A DNA stretch of 64,000 bases from Geosiphon pyriformis uo1 (taxonomy: Eukaryota > Fungi > Glomeromycota): contig JAAOMT010000352.1 of assembly GCA_016748015.1 (NCBI GenBank), positions 767,964 through 831,963 on the forward strand, read 5' to 3'. Shown here one piece after another: positions 1 to 12,500 of the stretch. The position numbers and the translations under genes were made by a program. The notes under the pieces were generated by a model. The model saw only the letters and a list, made by a program, of their open reading frames with translations, did no database searches and was not told where the DNA came from. How positions within the stretch are numbered: position 1 is the stretch's first letter; every line of letters begins with the position of its first letter.

Positions 1-1322
1 TCTTTAATATGATGGTTGTTAGAACTAATTGAAATGGAATTCAAATCTGGGTCTTTGGGGTTGCTGGTTGTCTCTAACTGCTTGGGCTAATGATTCTAAT
101 AGCTGAGCAAGATTAGCAGTAAGTTTGTCTATTAATTGTTCATTGGGGTCTTAAGTATGAGTGACAAAAAAAGTTGTAGCCATTTGTGAAGCGGAGTCAT
201 GGCAGGAGCAAGAGCAAAAACTGGAAGTGTGAATTCCAAATGCATCCTTTGGTTATCTTCAATTCTTTGTGCCAGTTTAATAGCCATGTCCATTGTTGAG
301 TTGTTTTTTAAAGCCAAAAGAGGCCAAAAAGCATATGATAAATCAGTTTTTAATCCTTTTGTAAAGGAATAGATTTTTTGCTTTTTTGTTCAGTTTCTCC
401 CAAAGTCTACTCATTTGATTAACTTTTTGATAGCTTTGGCATATTCAGTCACTACTTCTTCAGGGCCTTGGTTTTTTTTTTTCAATTCCATGCACTATTT
501 GGAGATTAATATTGGAGTTTTGAACTTGGTTTCAAACTGGATAGTGAAAGAAGTATTTTCTTCTTCAGCATTGGTTGGTGTCTATCTGATTATTCTGTGT
601 TGAGCATTGGCATTTGTTTCTTGTGAAAACCAGATAGCAGAAAAGCCTTGGAAGTAGCCACCAATGATTTGGAACTTGTATTTTTTATCATACTGGTTGG
701 CTATGGCAGCTCTTTTAAAGTTATCCAATCATTCAATTGGATCTTGTACATTACCTCTAAACAAGAGTAATAGAGTGTTGTTTCTTTTTTCCAAAGCAGT
801 TTGTATGCCTTGGAGGGCAGCCAGGATGTTTGCTTGCATGGGGTTATTAGCCATTGATTTAGAGATAACTGTTTGAGTAGAATGAGCTGATTCACTTGAG
901 AAGAGATTAAAAACAGGAGCAGTTTGATAGCTTTTTTCTTCTGTTTTAAAGGGAGTTTTAGTTGCTTAATGGGTGGCAATCCAAATGTGGATTTAATGAT
1001 TCAGATATTCAAAATTAGGGGGCTGTTGTTCAAAGATTGTGGAATATAAAAGCTAATTGATGCTGTTGTTTCTTTCTTCAAAGTTGTCTTCAAAATAAAC
1101 TTGATTAAAGTAATAAGTTGTATAGGCTGTGTAGGTTTCAGCTAAATACTCATTCAGGAACCAGTTCTAAAAGTCTTGGAAATGTCTGCTGAATTGTTTT
1201 TCAATAGGGAAGCAAATCAAGCAGGAGGGCAAAGGATTAAGTTCAATAAAGTCTAAATCATTTTTGTTATGTGCTTCAAAGTGTTCTTCTAATTGTTGTG
1301 GCAGATATGAATAATTACCCAT
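1..1322 (-). pseudogene. gag: gag of Gypsy C, interrupted by stops
   Basis: Manual minus-strand translation from ATG at 1322; capsid-like motifs DPIEWL, GYFQG..WF, QG..E.V.EY, F.KGL; ends in ORF 132-317 (MDMAIKLAQRIE). Confidence 0.75.
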
Positions 1323-1351
1323 ACAATAGGAAACAAAGTGGAATTTGACAA

Positions 1352-1368
1352 CCTCACAGAAAGCACCA
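1352..1368 (-). promoter_or_regulatory. Primer-binding site of Gypsy C (TGGTGCTTTCTGTGAGG)
   Basis: Begins with TGG (complement of tRNA CCA) 6 nt inside the LTR end; resembles elongator Met or Ile(UAU) tRNA 3' ends; tRNA identity not confirmed. Confidence 0.7.
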
Positions 1369-1374
1369 CTTTTA

Positions 1375-2088
1375 TGTTATGGATTGAAGTAATAAGCTAA
1401 TGAATAGCAAGAGAGAACAGAATTGTAAGATGATAAAAGGAATCAAAGGGAATTCAACTTCAAAGAGCAAATTGAATAAGTATGGATTCAATGTGCAAGA
1501 TTAGTCTCATAAAATATCTTAGTCACTATACTTTTTAAAAGATAACCAGAGAATCTGAAGGTAAAGAGATAGTCTGTACTGTCAACAAATAATCATGTCT
1601 GGTATAATTCTATGTTTTATGTTAGTGCTTTTAGAATTTAATATTAGGTATTAGATGTGCTCTTCAGTCACATTTTATTCAATAATCTTCAAATGCTGCA
1701 ATTACATGTTTCAAGAAAAGGGTAAGTAAAGGCCAACAAATATCTTTTATTCTAAGATGTTTGAATATTTAAAGATAAGGAAAAGAAAATTAGCGATAAG
1801 AAAATAATTGAGATGAAAGTTGTTATTTTATTTATTTGATTTTCTTGATTTCTATATACTTTTCTATAGCTAAGAGATTCATTACTTATATAACTTTCAA
1901 AAGTGGTCAATGATCAGATCAACAACTAGATCAATAATCAGATCAATAATCAGATCAATAATCAGGTTAACAGTCAAGTTATTGATTAAATTAATAATTA
2001 CTTTCTAAAAATAGAGTGGCTAATTTATATAACATCAGTGGCTAATACATGTGATAATTAATAAGAAGTATAAGTTTTAACTGTAACA
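1375..2088 (-). repeat. 5' LTR of Gypsy C (~714 bp) with a 12-bp tandem array at 1916-1975
   Basis: TGTTAT at 1375 and GTAACA ending at 2088; AGATCAATAATC units. Confidence 0.7.
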
Positions 2089-2266
2089 ATAGAATTAAAC
2101 ACTAAAATAAAAATTACTTATTTAGAAAACTTTTTTTTTTTTTTTATCTTTTATTGAGTAAAGTCTAAATGCAGTCTAGTACCATACATTATACAAATAA
2201 TCTAAACTAGGAGCAAATCATGCATTTTCTACACATAACCAGCCACTCAGACTAATCAAAACAATA

Positions 2267-5200
2267 CTACACACCTATATGAACAGAAATCAAGTCCCCA
2301 ATACCAGAGAAAAATGAACATAGACTATAAAATTCGAAACCTACACCAAATGCCTCAGCAATACCCAGCAACCTAACCACACCAGCTGAGAATGATGTGG
2401 ATAAACCAGAAATTGAGGTAGGGATGGAATTATCATGTGAGATAAGCCTATTTTTGTCCATAAAAGCTTGGTGTTTGGCATGAACCAGCCAAATATTCTC
2501 CCTAAATGCAAGACAAAACTCACGAACAAAGCCCACAATCTTTAATGTCACAATCTTAGGATCTCTAAAAACAGAAACTGACTCATAATACCAATCATTG
2601 AAAACAAATCCTTTATATAAAGCCAGATCAACAGCAACATCGGAAACACAGATAAGCAGCAACTGCAAAATGCATGAAAAAGACTGAGATAAACTCGAGC
2701 GAATCTCCCAAACAGATGCATAAGCATCCAATAATCGAGCACAACTTACAGCATCAGACAGACAACAAAAAACATGGTTAAAGACCTCAATGTCACCACA
2801 GAATAAACAAATCACACTAGAATAACACTTATTATACAAATGTTTATGCACAACAACTGGAAGCCAATGATAGAGGGCCTTCATAAAGTAAGTACAAAGG
2901 CCAGCAATGCACATACTGGTAAAACCAGCAGCCAAATAAAAATTCATGTGCCACACCATAAGAGACTTCAACCAAGTAATATCAGTATGCAGACTATTTA
3001 GCAAAATATAGGAGCCCAATTCAACCTTCCAGCATGCACAATGAACAGACCAGAAAATATTACAAATGAAATGTCTAGAATTACCAAAAACTGCAGTACC
3101 ACCAGCTCTCAAAAATCTTTCACCAATCAAGTGGGGCAGTTGCCAGGCAGAGAAAGTGGCATTTTCAGCAAGTGCATCAGTGCACTCATTGCCCAAAACG
3201 CCTGAATGTCCCTTAACTTTAAACCAATTCACACTTAAATTTTTGTGATGAATAACATCAGTAATATGGTGATGCTCAATCCAACACTGGTTCCTAAAAT
3301 CAGAACAAGCCAATAAAGATTCTGATTTGCATGCATCCAGAGCTAGCCTGGCTGTCTGAAAATAAGTCAACTGTTCAAAAAGAAGGAATATACTCAAGAA
3401 CCAAAGCAATGGCTTGCAGTTCTATCAGAGTGAAAAAAACCAAACCAGACACTCTCACACTCAGACCTGAATTAATGTCCTGAAAAAAAACTGCAGCACC
3501 GGCCTTCATACCACTAGTACCCAAACCACATAGAGACTCATCCATATATACAAAAAAATGGGCCACATTAGTGGTCAACAGATTATTACAAATAACACTG
3601 AAATCATAAGATTAATAGACATTAGAGACAGCACCACTATCCATAAGTGAAGAGCACCCAAAAGGAAGAACATCACCCCTGAGAAAGCAAATAGAGAGAT
3701 CAAACCATAATGGAACTAGACCATGGGAGTCCAACCTTTTCCAATGCTTGAAGGTTCTCCAATCAAAGATGCCACCATTTTGATCTCACAGCTGCTCCAC
3801 AAAAGCAATTCCATAACATTTGAGTGACAAGACACACTTGAGAAAATATGGCTTACCAAGAACTATAGACATAGAGGTACTACCTCGAAAATGAAAGACA
3901 CAGGCCAGAGAGTTGTTCAAAGACAAATCACACCCAGAAAAAATATGAACCACACCAGCCAAATAGTTATTGAAAGAATTAACACCAACACGAGCCGGAA
4001 ATAGCAAAGAGTAACAAAAATGCCAACTAAGAACCTGGAGATTATGAGACCTATGAGAAAATAAGCAACCCAAAATACCAACTGAGTTAGCAAAATTGAT
4101 AACAGACACTGATTTACTCTCAGCTTGGATCTGTTCAAAAGTCTTTAAATTGTACAACAAAGGATGATAAAGTGCATCATTGGGAAAATCAAATGGCAGT
4201 CCTGACTTTGACTTTAGGTCTTTGCATATTAAAGCATCCCATTTATTACACACACTAATAGGAACGAAACTAAACTGGGTCTTGTAGCTAACGATAGAAA
4301 GCAAAACTGCAAACACTAAATATGCAAACTGTTTATCCAAGATCACTTTCCTCAAAACAAGATTCACAAAAAACCAAATATCTAAATAAGCCTTAGCCAA
4401 GCTAAGCTTGGACAAACCTTTAGTTGATAAGAAGATACCTAGATAATGGTAAGTTTCTCCTTTTTTTGTGATAGAAATAGGCAATCCACTGATAGCAAGA
4501 TGGGGATTTGTAACTTAACAATTGATAGAAACAGCCACTGTTTTGTCATTAAATCTGAAAAACTCACTAGCAATATTAAGAATGTGTTGTGTAGTGGTCT
4601 GGCTGCTACCAACCCATATTATATCATCGACAAAAACACCAGCAGCAAGAAATAAAGTCAACATGGCCTGAGGATCTGCCTGGTCAGTCTTAGAAATAAA
4701 ATTAGAATTTACTCTGTAATCACAAACATTCTTCTGTCTCTTAACCTTACACAAGAGTAAATCATAAAAAATGCACCAAAGAAGAGACGAAAAGACTTTC
4801 CCTTGATCCAATCTATCATGAACATGATACCTATTAGTTAATCCAAAGTCTGTCATTACTCTATTAATGTGACCAATATGAATATTACCAAAGAATCTTA
4901 TAAACTTGTCACATATCTTGATTCTGACCAAACTCCTTCTAAGATGTTCCTAACCAACTAAGTCATAAGCTTTATGTATGTCTTATAAAACCAGCCAAAG
5001 TTCTCTGTTCTTTTTCAAGACATCTTCAACAACAGAACCAATGGCAAAAATAAGAGATTGTGTTGTTGTGCTCTTTAAAACCAAGAAGTTGTTCCCATGG
5101 AGAATGTTGAAAGTGTTGCAAGCCGAAGAGATATTGTCTGAAAAAACCTTAGAAAAGATCTTGTGAACAGTTTCAATCAAAGCAATTGGATGAGTATTCG

Positions 5201-6938
5201 TGAGAACACTCTCCTATTCATACAGTTTAGGAATCATTGAAACCCATGCATTTTTCCAAAGTCTGAAAACCAACTCACTAACTAAGCAAGAGTTCAGAAG
5301 CACCAGAAACATATCTAAAACTAACTTGTTGCAATGTTTCTACAATTCATTAGAAATACCAGAAAGGCCAGCAGTCTTTTTATCAGGAAGATTCTTGATA
5401 ATGGCACACATCTCATCAAGACTAATTGAACACATAACACCAGAAAAAGCACCATTAAACACATAATCCAAAGGCTGAAATTGACAAACCCAATTAGTAG
5501 AAAGATCAGATACCACTTTATGCTTCCTGGTCCATTCTCCCATAATCTTGTCCACCCTAGATTTGACCAAATCAGGCTCAAAATCAACTCATCTCCTACC
5601 ACCAGATGGTCCAAAACCACTTTATAAAAAGGATGCTCCAACACATTCCTGATGATATGACCTTTGTCAAACTCAAAACTCTCTATCCTCCTGGCAATAG
5701 TCTGCTTGATATAAGACTCCTTAGCACACTTGAATTCCAACAACTTGGCAGTGCAGTAAAATTTCCTCGCTCTGGCAAGTGCAGAATAAATAAGATTAAA
5801 ATTAGAATCTGAAAGAAACAGTGACTTCACCATTAATGCACCAGTGGAATTGAGCTTTGTTCTATGTTTCCAGCAACACAACAAAATCATGACAAGAAAA
5901 TAAATGCAAGGCCTTAACCAGCTTGGAAACCAACAACTTCAGCTTATGAAACCTGAAAGACTCCTTGGTGAAAACACCATCAAAATTCTTGAACCATTTC
6001 TTCTTAAATGCACTATTAGCTGAGAGAACTATAATCTTGCAAATAATGTTCCACATAGTATCCAGATCCAGAAACCTCACAGCAAGACCAAATGCATCTA
6101 AAAACATGACAGCGTTAACAGCTGTAATATCCCTGAACTCAGACCATTTCACTTTACTGGCATTTTTGATGTCAAATTTCCAATGATCTTTATTTGCTTG
6201 TTTGTAAAGAGAAATCAAATGAGTATCCAAAAGTCCACCCAACCCCAAAGACACAGAAACAGCCTGGTAATCTGTGTCGAAATGTTCATTAACATCAAAA
6301 ACGCCATGAAAAACAACCGTATTGATTAGATTTGAAGAAATAAACAAGTAGTTAATAGTTTTTTCGACATCCTTAGAATTTGCCCAAGTGGGCATTTTAG
6401 CAGTTAGGCTTCTGACCAAAGAATTAACCAGCCCCAGATCCAGGCATTTTTTGAAACTAACACACTTATGAGACCCATCTTTATTAAAATCACCACTGAG
6501 AATGACAAAAAAAAACTCATTAACAGCCCTTGTAATAAGAGAGTTGATCTCGCTGGCTTGAGAGAACCAAACTGCTGAAGAAGCACCAGCATAAAGACCC
6601 AAAATAAACACAGAAAGTTTATTTTTAAAAAGTAATTTGATGTAAAGTAGCCGACCAAACACTTCAGAGACTTTACACACATGTCTTGCTAAAGAAAAAT
6701 CCATGACAATAAACACACTAGCACTCAGATAACCAGAATCCAAACCAGAAGTAAACATCTGAACACCATCGAACCTGTTGGTGATCTATGGATGGACCTT
6801 TCTCTTTAGTTTTAATTCCATAAAAATAGAGATTAAATTGCCCATATCCTTATGCCAACAAATAATATCATCCTGTTTTGCAGGATTATTCATTCCTTTA
6901 ACATTACATGTGGCAACTATCCAAACCAAATTTATCAT
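2267..6938 (-). pseudogene. LINE-a ORF2 (APE endonuclease - RT - RNase H - CCHC), disrupted
   Basis: VATCNVKG, GDFN, DTD (EN); KAYD, DQGKVFS, FVDD, YLG (RT); ELQAI, KVKGHSGVLGNECTDALA (RNase H); CLFCGDIEVFNHVFCC. Confidence 0.92.
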
Positions 6939-8780
6939 TGAGAAGAATGACAAACAGGCACTGGACCAGCATTGTTCATTTTAGCCGAAAGGCTCATAAT
7001 TATAACCGAAAGATTCCTTAAAGTTTCCTCCATTTTCAAGACTACTAAAGGGTTGAAAACCACTGCTCCCACTACAATCTCACCACTAGCAGCCACATCC
7101 GAACTCTCATTCATCACTATATTTACCCCTTGATTCTGTGATGAAAGGGTCACCAATGGCTAACATCCAGGGCTAAGCTGGGAAACCATTGGCCCAAGTG
7201 TGTTTAACCTCTTAGCCAGCTTATTAACACACTCTGCGAGGCTGGCAAGACTGTGCTCAAGAGTGGCAAACCTATCATTTATTTCCAAAGACACCAGTGG
7301 AGTAGACTTCATTCCCAAAGAGGAGCCATTTTTTGAAGAAACTTCCTGACCAGAGAGAGAGAAGAAAGAAGACTCACTGACAACACTAGCCCATGAAACA
7401 CCACCAAAAGCAGCTGGCTGAGTGACTAAAGCTGAATGCTTAGCATAAATGGTTGTCAGTCTACTTTTATTAGAATCTGAAAGCATCTGATGTGGCAACC
7501 TGCCAAAAGATAATTTTCCACCAAGACCACAGCCCAAAGAAGTATGATCCAATCTTCCACACTTTGCACATGTAGCAGAACCAACATAGGACCAGTGAAA
7601 GTGAGTATCTCTTAAAACGGGTGTAGTTTCCATGACAGCATCCAAAGATTCGGCTGACTTAAAACAAATAACAGCACATTTGATTTGAACATACGTAACT
7701 GAATAATGATTAATTACACATGTTTTCTCACCTACAGAACCAATAAAGTCCCAGATGTCATGAGCATTTGTTTTCACAGGTAGAGTATAGAGCAATGCCC
7801 TATAAAGATCTCTTTTATCCCATGTAACCTTATTCAAATCCGACCTAGCAATGTGCACTGCATCTTTCCCAATTAGGATGGACCATCTATCTGCCAAAAG
7901 ATCAACCTGAGATTGTTTCTCAAACTCAATGATTGCTTTTTGCCACAGCCCCACCAATTGCATTTTGATTGACTTAACTACACCAAATTCGGACAGTGCA
8001 GCATGCACAGTCTCAGCTAATGTTTCAACTGGAATTTCTTTCATTACCACAGCCTGATCTGAATGACCAGTTGATTTCTTAAGATTGGTGTTTACCACAA
8101 TCTTTGCATCAATAGCCTTTTTGGTAGCTTTTATTGAACCCAATTCAGAAGTAAATGTTGCCTGGATGATTCCAAAGAATTTTGAGGGGGTAGAGGCCTC
8201 CCCAAAATCATTGATTTTTGAAAACAATTTTCTGACCACCTGAAGCTTTTCATGAGAGAATTTTCCAACCACTTTGTCCAACCCAATATCTAAAGCAAAA
8301 GATTTCCAAACAGAAACATTAACCAAATTCTTCACAAGTGGTGGAAGCACCAAAGGGGCATCCAAAAGAACATCATTATCATTACTGCTTGGTGAGAAGT
8401 CAATTTTTCCCAATGGTTTACTCAATGTCTTCTTAGTTTTGACTTTTGATCCTGTAGGTGTCTGATCAAGATCTCTCCCAGCAAAAGCACTACTCTCATC
8501 ATAATCAAAACTGGTTTCCTCAACCAGACACTCCTTCTCCATATTAATACTTTCAGACTCAGTGGTGTCACCAGCCTCTGAATTCCATGAGTGATTACTT
8601 TGGACTTTAAGACCAATATTTTTACCACCAAAACCATCTTCCAAAATGCTGTCTCTCCTTTTCTTCTTTGGAAGAACAGGTCTGAAACCATTACTAGAAC
8701 CAGAAACTTTGGCAGCCTTCTTTATAACAGTAATACTACAGTCAATGGTGGCTTTATAGTTGAGAATAAAAGGTTTAGAT
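6935..8780 (-). pseudogene. LINE-a ORF1 (RRM-like domains + CCHC knuckle); start approximate
   Basis: ORFs 7160-8644 and 6935-7156 in one frame; VVMKEIP..EFGVVKSIKM..AIIEF; CAKCGRLDHTSLGC; basic KKKRR motif. Confidence 0.85.
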
Positions 8781-9589
8781 TTATCGTACTCAATTGTAAA
8801 AACTTCTTTCAGAAAACTTTTAACTCTTTCTTAAGATTTCAGAACAAAAAAAAGAAAGAAGTTTTTAGAGAACTTTTAATGACTAAAAATTGTTTTCTAA
8901 ATATTATTAAAAGCAGTATTAAAAAACAAAAGAGCAAAGATTAATTTGGTTTTTATTTAATTAATTTAATTCTTAAGATTAAGTAATTTAATAAATTGTT
9001 TTGCTTTTAAAACTAACAATAATTTATTAAAAGACATTATATTTGACAATATAGCGAATAGTTAATCTTGATTTATCTTGAAAAATATGCTATTATTATT
9101 GTTATTTACATTAGAAAAAAAACTAATTATTATTAAAAAGACTTTATTTAAATTTTTATTTAGAACCACAAAAAAATTTAGTATAAAAATAACAAATATA
9201 AACAACTGCTGCTGTTTTTTTAACTTTTTTGTCTTTTTGGCTATTTGTAAAATAATAATAATAGTATTAGTAATAAAAATAAAAAAGACCAGCTTGTTAA
9301 TTGGTCTGTTGTTAAAAACTTTAAAGCTTCTAAAAAAAGTAGAAACAATACTAAAACTAATTTAAATATGTTTTTAAAAAAAACTTTAACTAAGAAAAAA
9401 CTATTAGCCAAATATTAAAAAACACTTTAAAAGTCACTAAAAACAGCTTTTTACTACTAATATTTAAAAAATATATTGCCAAAATGTTTTACTTAGTTGT
9501 TTTGACAATAAAAAAAACTTTTTTTTGTTAAAATTTTATTAATTACTATAAAAAAAATAATATTTAAAACTTGCTTTAATTATGGTTGT

Positions 9590-12500
9590 TTTTTTTTCTA
9601 TTTAATAAGTAAAGTCCAAACACTGTTTAGTATAATACATCATACAAATGATCTAAACTAGGTGTAAATCATGTATTTTCTATACATGATTAGTCACTCA
9701 GGCTAACCAGAACAATATTAAACACCTATATGAACAGAGACTGTGTCCTCTATACCTGAAAAAACAAACAAAATTTACAAAACCCAAAACTCATATCAAT
9801 TGTCTTAGCAATACCCAATAATTTAACCATGCTGATTGAAAACATTGAAGAAAGACCAGAAACTGGAACAAAAATAGAATTATCACACAGAATTAAACCA
9901 TTTTTCTCCATAAAAGCTTGGTGTTTGACACGAACCAGCCAAATATCTTTCCAGAATACAAGACAAAATTTGCACACAAAATCCACAATATGCTGGTCTA
10001 CAATCTTAAAATGTTTGAAGACTGAAACAGATTTGTAATATTAATTATTAAAAACAAAATTCTTAAACAAAACTGTGTTAACTGCAACATCAGAAACACA
10101 AATAAACAACAACTGCAAAACACAAGAAGAAGAACAAAATAAACCAAAGTACACATCCCAAACAGATGCATGGGTATTCAACAACTGAACATGACCAGCA
10201 GCATCAAATGGACAAGAAAAAGCATGGTCCAAGACTTCAACATTATCACAGAACAAGCAAACCACATTAGAATAACACTTATCATATAGTTGCTTATGCA
10301 CAGTAATAAAAAGCTGATGATAAAGAGCTTTTATAAAATATGTTCAAGAACCAGCAGTCCATTTACTAGTGAAACCAGCCATTAAGTAAGAATCAGGATG
10401 CCATACCAAAAATGACTTGAACTAATTTTTCAATACATATAATAAACAGACTGAAAAACTCTTTGAACAAAATGTCTAGAATTGCCAAAAACAGCAATAC
10501 TACTGGTCTTAACATAACATTTACTGACCAAATAGGATAGGTGCTAATTGGAAATAGCAGCCACTTTGACAAGTATATCAGCATGCTTATTCCTTAAAAT
10601 GCCAAAATGACCTTTAACCTTATGTTAACTGATATCTAAATTCTTATGACAAATAATGCTTACAATATGACAATGTTTGACCCAATATCAATTTCTAAAA
10701 TTCAGATAAACCAACATCAATTCTGATCTGCATGTATCCAAAGCAGTCTGGCTGTTTATAAACAGATTCACAAAATGAGAAAAAAGAATGCACTCAAGAG
10801 CCAAAACAATGGCCTGTAGTTCCACTATGATAGAAAACAACAAATCAAAAACTTTAACACCCAAACCTAAATTAATGTCTTCAAAAAAAACAGCTGCTTT
10901 AGCTTTTACACCAAGAGTCTCCAAACCACTTAAAGATCTATTCATATAGACAAAAAAGCAGCCAGTATTAGCATACAACAGATTGTTACTAACAACACCA
11001 AACTCACAAAACTGAAAAATATCTGAAGGATTATAACCATCCAAAAGTGGGGAATTAACAGAGAAAAAAGCAAAATTATCAAGAAACCAAATAGAAAACT
11101 CAAACCAGATGAAAACAGAACCATAAGAGTTCAACTGTTTTTACTATTTGAAAATCATCTAATTGAAAACAGCACCACTCCAGTCACACAGCTGTTCTAT
11201 AAAGACAATCCCATAATGCTGAAGTGAAGAAACACACTTAAAATAAATTAATTCACCAAGAACAAAAGACATAAAAGTTCCATCCTAAAAATAAAAAGCA
11301 TTGGCTAAAGAGGTGTCCAAGAACAAATTATATCCAGAAAATATGTGCATCATATCTGCTAAAAAATTATTCAAAAAATTGACTTTGACATAAGCTGAGA
11401 ACTATAAAAAGTGAAATGAATACCAGCTAAGAACCTGAAAATTGTACAACTTATGAGAAAATAACTGGTCCAAAATACCAATTGAATTTGCAAAGGAAAC
11501 AACTAAAATTGATTTGCTTTCAGCCTAAACCTGTTCAAATATTTTCAAACTATATAGAAAAGGATGATAGATTGCATTATTGGAGAAATTGTACAGCAAA
11601 TTAGACTTAGACTTCAAGCCCTTGTAAATGAAAGCATCTTATTTATTATATATGCCAATAGAAATAAAACTAAATTGAGTTTTATAACTAATAATCGGAT
11701 GAAAAACTGCAGACACCAAATATGCAAACTGTTTATCTGAGATTCTTTTCCTTAAAACAAGATTGATAAAAAACTAAACATTCAAATACATCTTAGTTAA
11801 GCTAGGTTTTAACAAACTTTTAGAAGATAAAAAAATACCCAGATAATAATGCAATTCTCCTTTTTTGGCAACAGAAATGGACAAGTTACTAATAGTTAAA
11901 TAAGAGTCCTTAACTTAACAGTTAATAGTGATAATCATAGTTTTGTCATTATTGATAGAAATATTATTAAAACAAAAAAATTCATTTGCAATATTAAGAA
12001 TATGCTGTGTAGCAGCTTGGCTACTACCAACCTAAATTGTATCATTGATAAAAGCACCAGCAGCAAAAAATAAAATCAACCTGGTCTGAGATTCTGTTTT
12101 GCCAGTTTTGAAAATAAAGTAAAAATTTAATCTATAACCATATATACTTTCTTGCTTCTTAACCTCACATAAGAGCAAATTATAGAATATGCACCAAAAA
12201 AGAGGTGAGAAAACCTTTCCTTGATCCAACCCATTATAAACATAATACCCACCAGTCAAGCTGAAGTTCATCATTACTTTGTTAATATGATTATTTTAAA
12301 GACCACCAAAAAATTTAATAAATTTGTCACATATTTTGATCTTAGTCAAACTCTTCTTAAGATGCTTTCACTTAACAGAGTCATAGACTTTACACATATC
12401 TTGTAAAACCAGTCATAGTTTCTAATTCTTTTTCAAAGCATTTTCAATAACAAAACCAATAACAAAAATGGAAGATTGTGTCATTATACTTCTCAAAACA

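Larger units (their letters stand above)
1..2088 (-). mobile_element. Ty3/Gypsy-like LTR retrotransposon C, 5' part only (LTR, PBS, gag); continues beyond the window start
   Basis: LTR with TGTTA..TAACA inverted ends (1375-2088), tRNA-type PBS, then a decayed gag with retrotransposon-gag motifs (FRGNVQDPIEWLDNFKRAAIANQY; QGPEEVVTEYAK). Confidence 0.8.
2135..8863 (-). mobile_element. LINE-a: full-length non-LTR retrotransposon with RNase H
   Basis: T15 (poly-A tail) at 2131-2145; conserved 3' UTR; ORF2 and ORF1; shared pyrimidine-rich 5' end; 14-bp TSD TTTAGA(A/G)AACTTTT at 2121-2134 and 8864-8877. Confidence 0.93.

Noticed and set aside
2089-2092. Gypsy C flank ATAG as a fourth CpG-centred TSD
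   Set aside because: Needs two mutations, and the other TSD copy is outside the window
9078-9365. 95-aa K/I/L/F-rich ORF and the many short antisense ORFs over TEs
   Set aside because: Compositional by-products of AT-rich or TE coding DNA with no recognisable motifs
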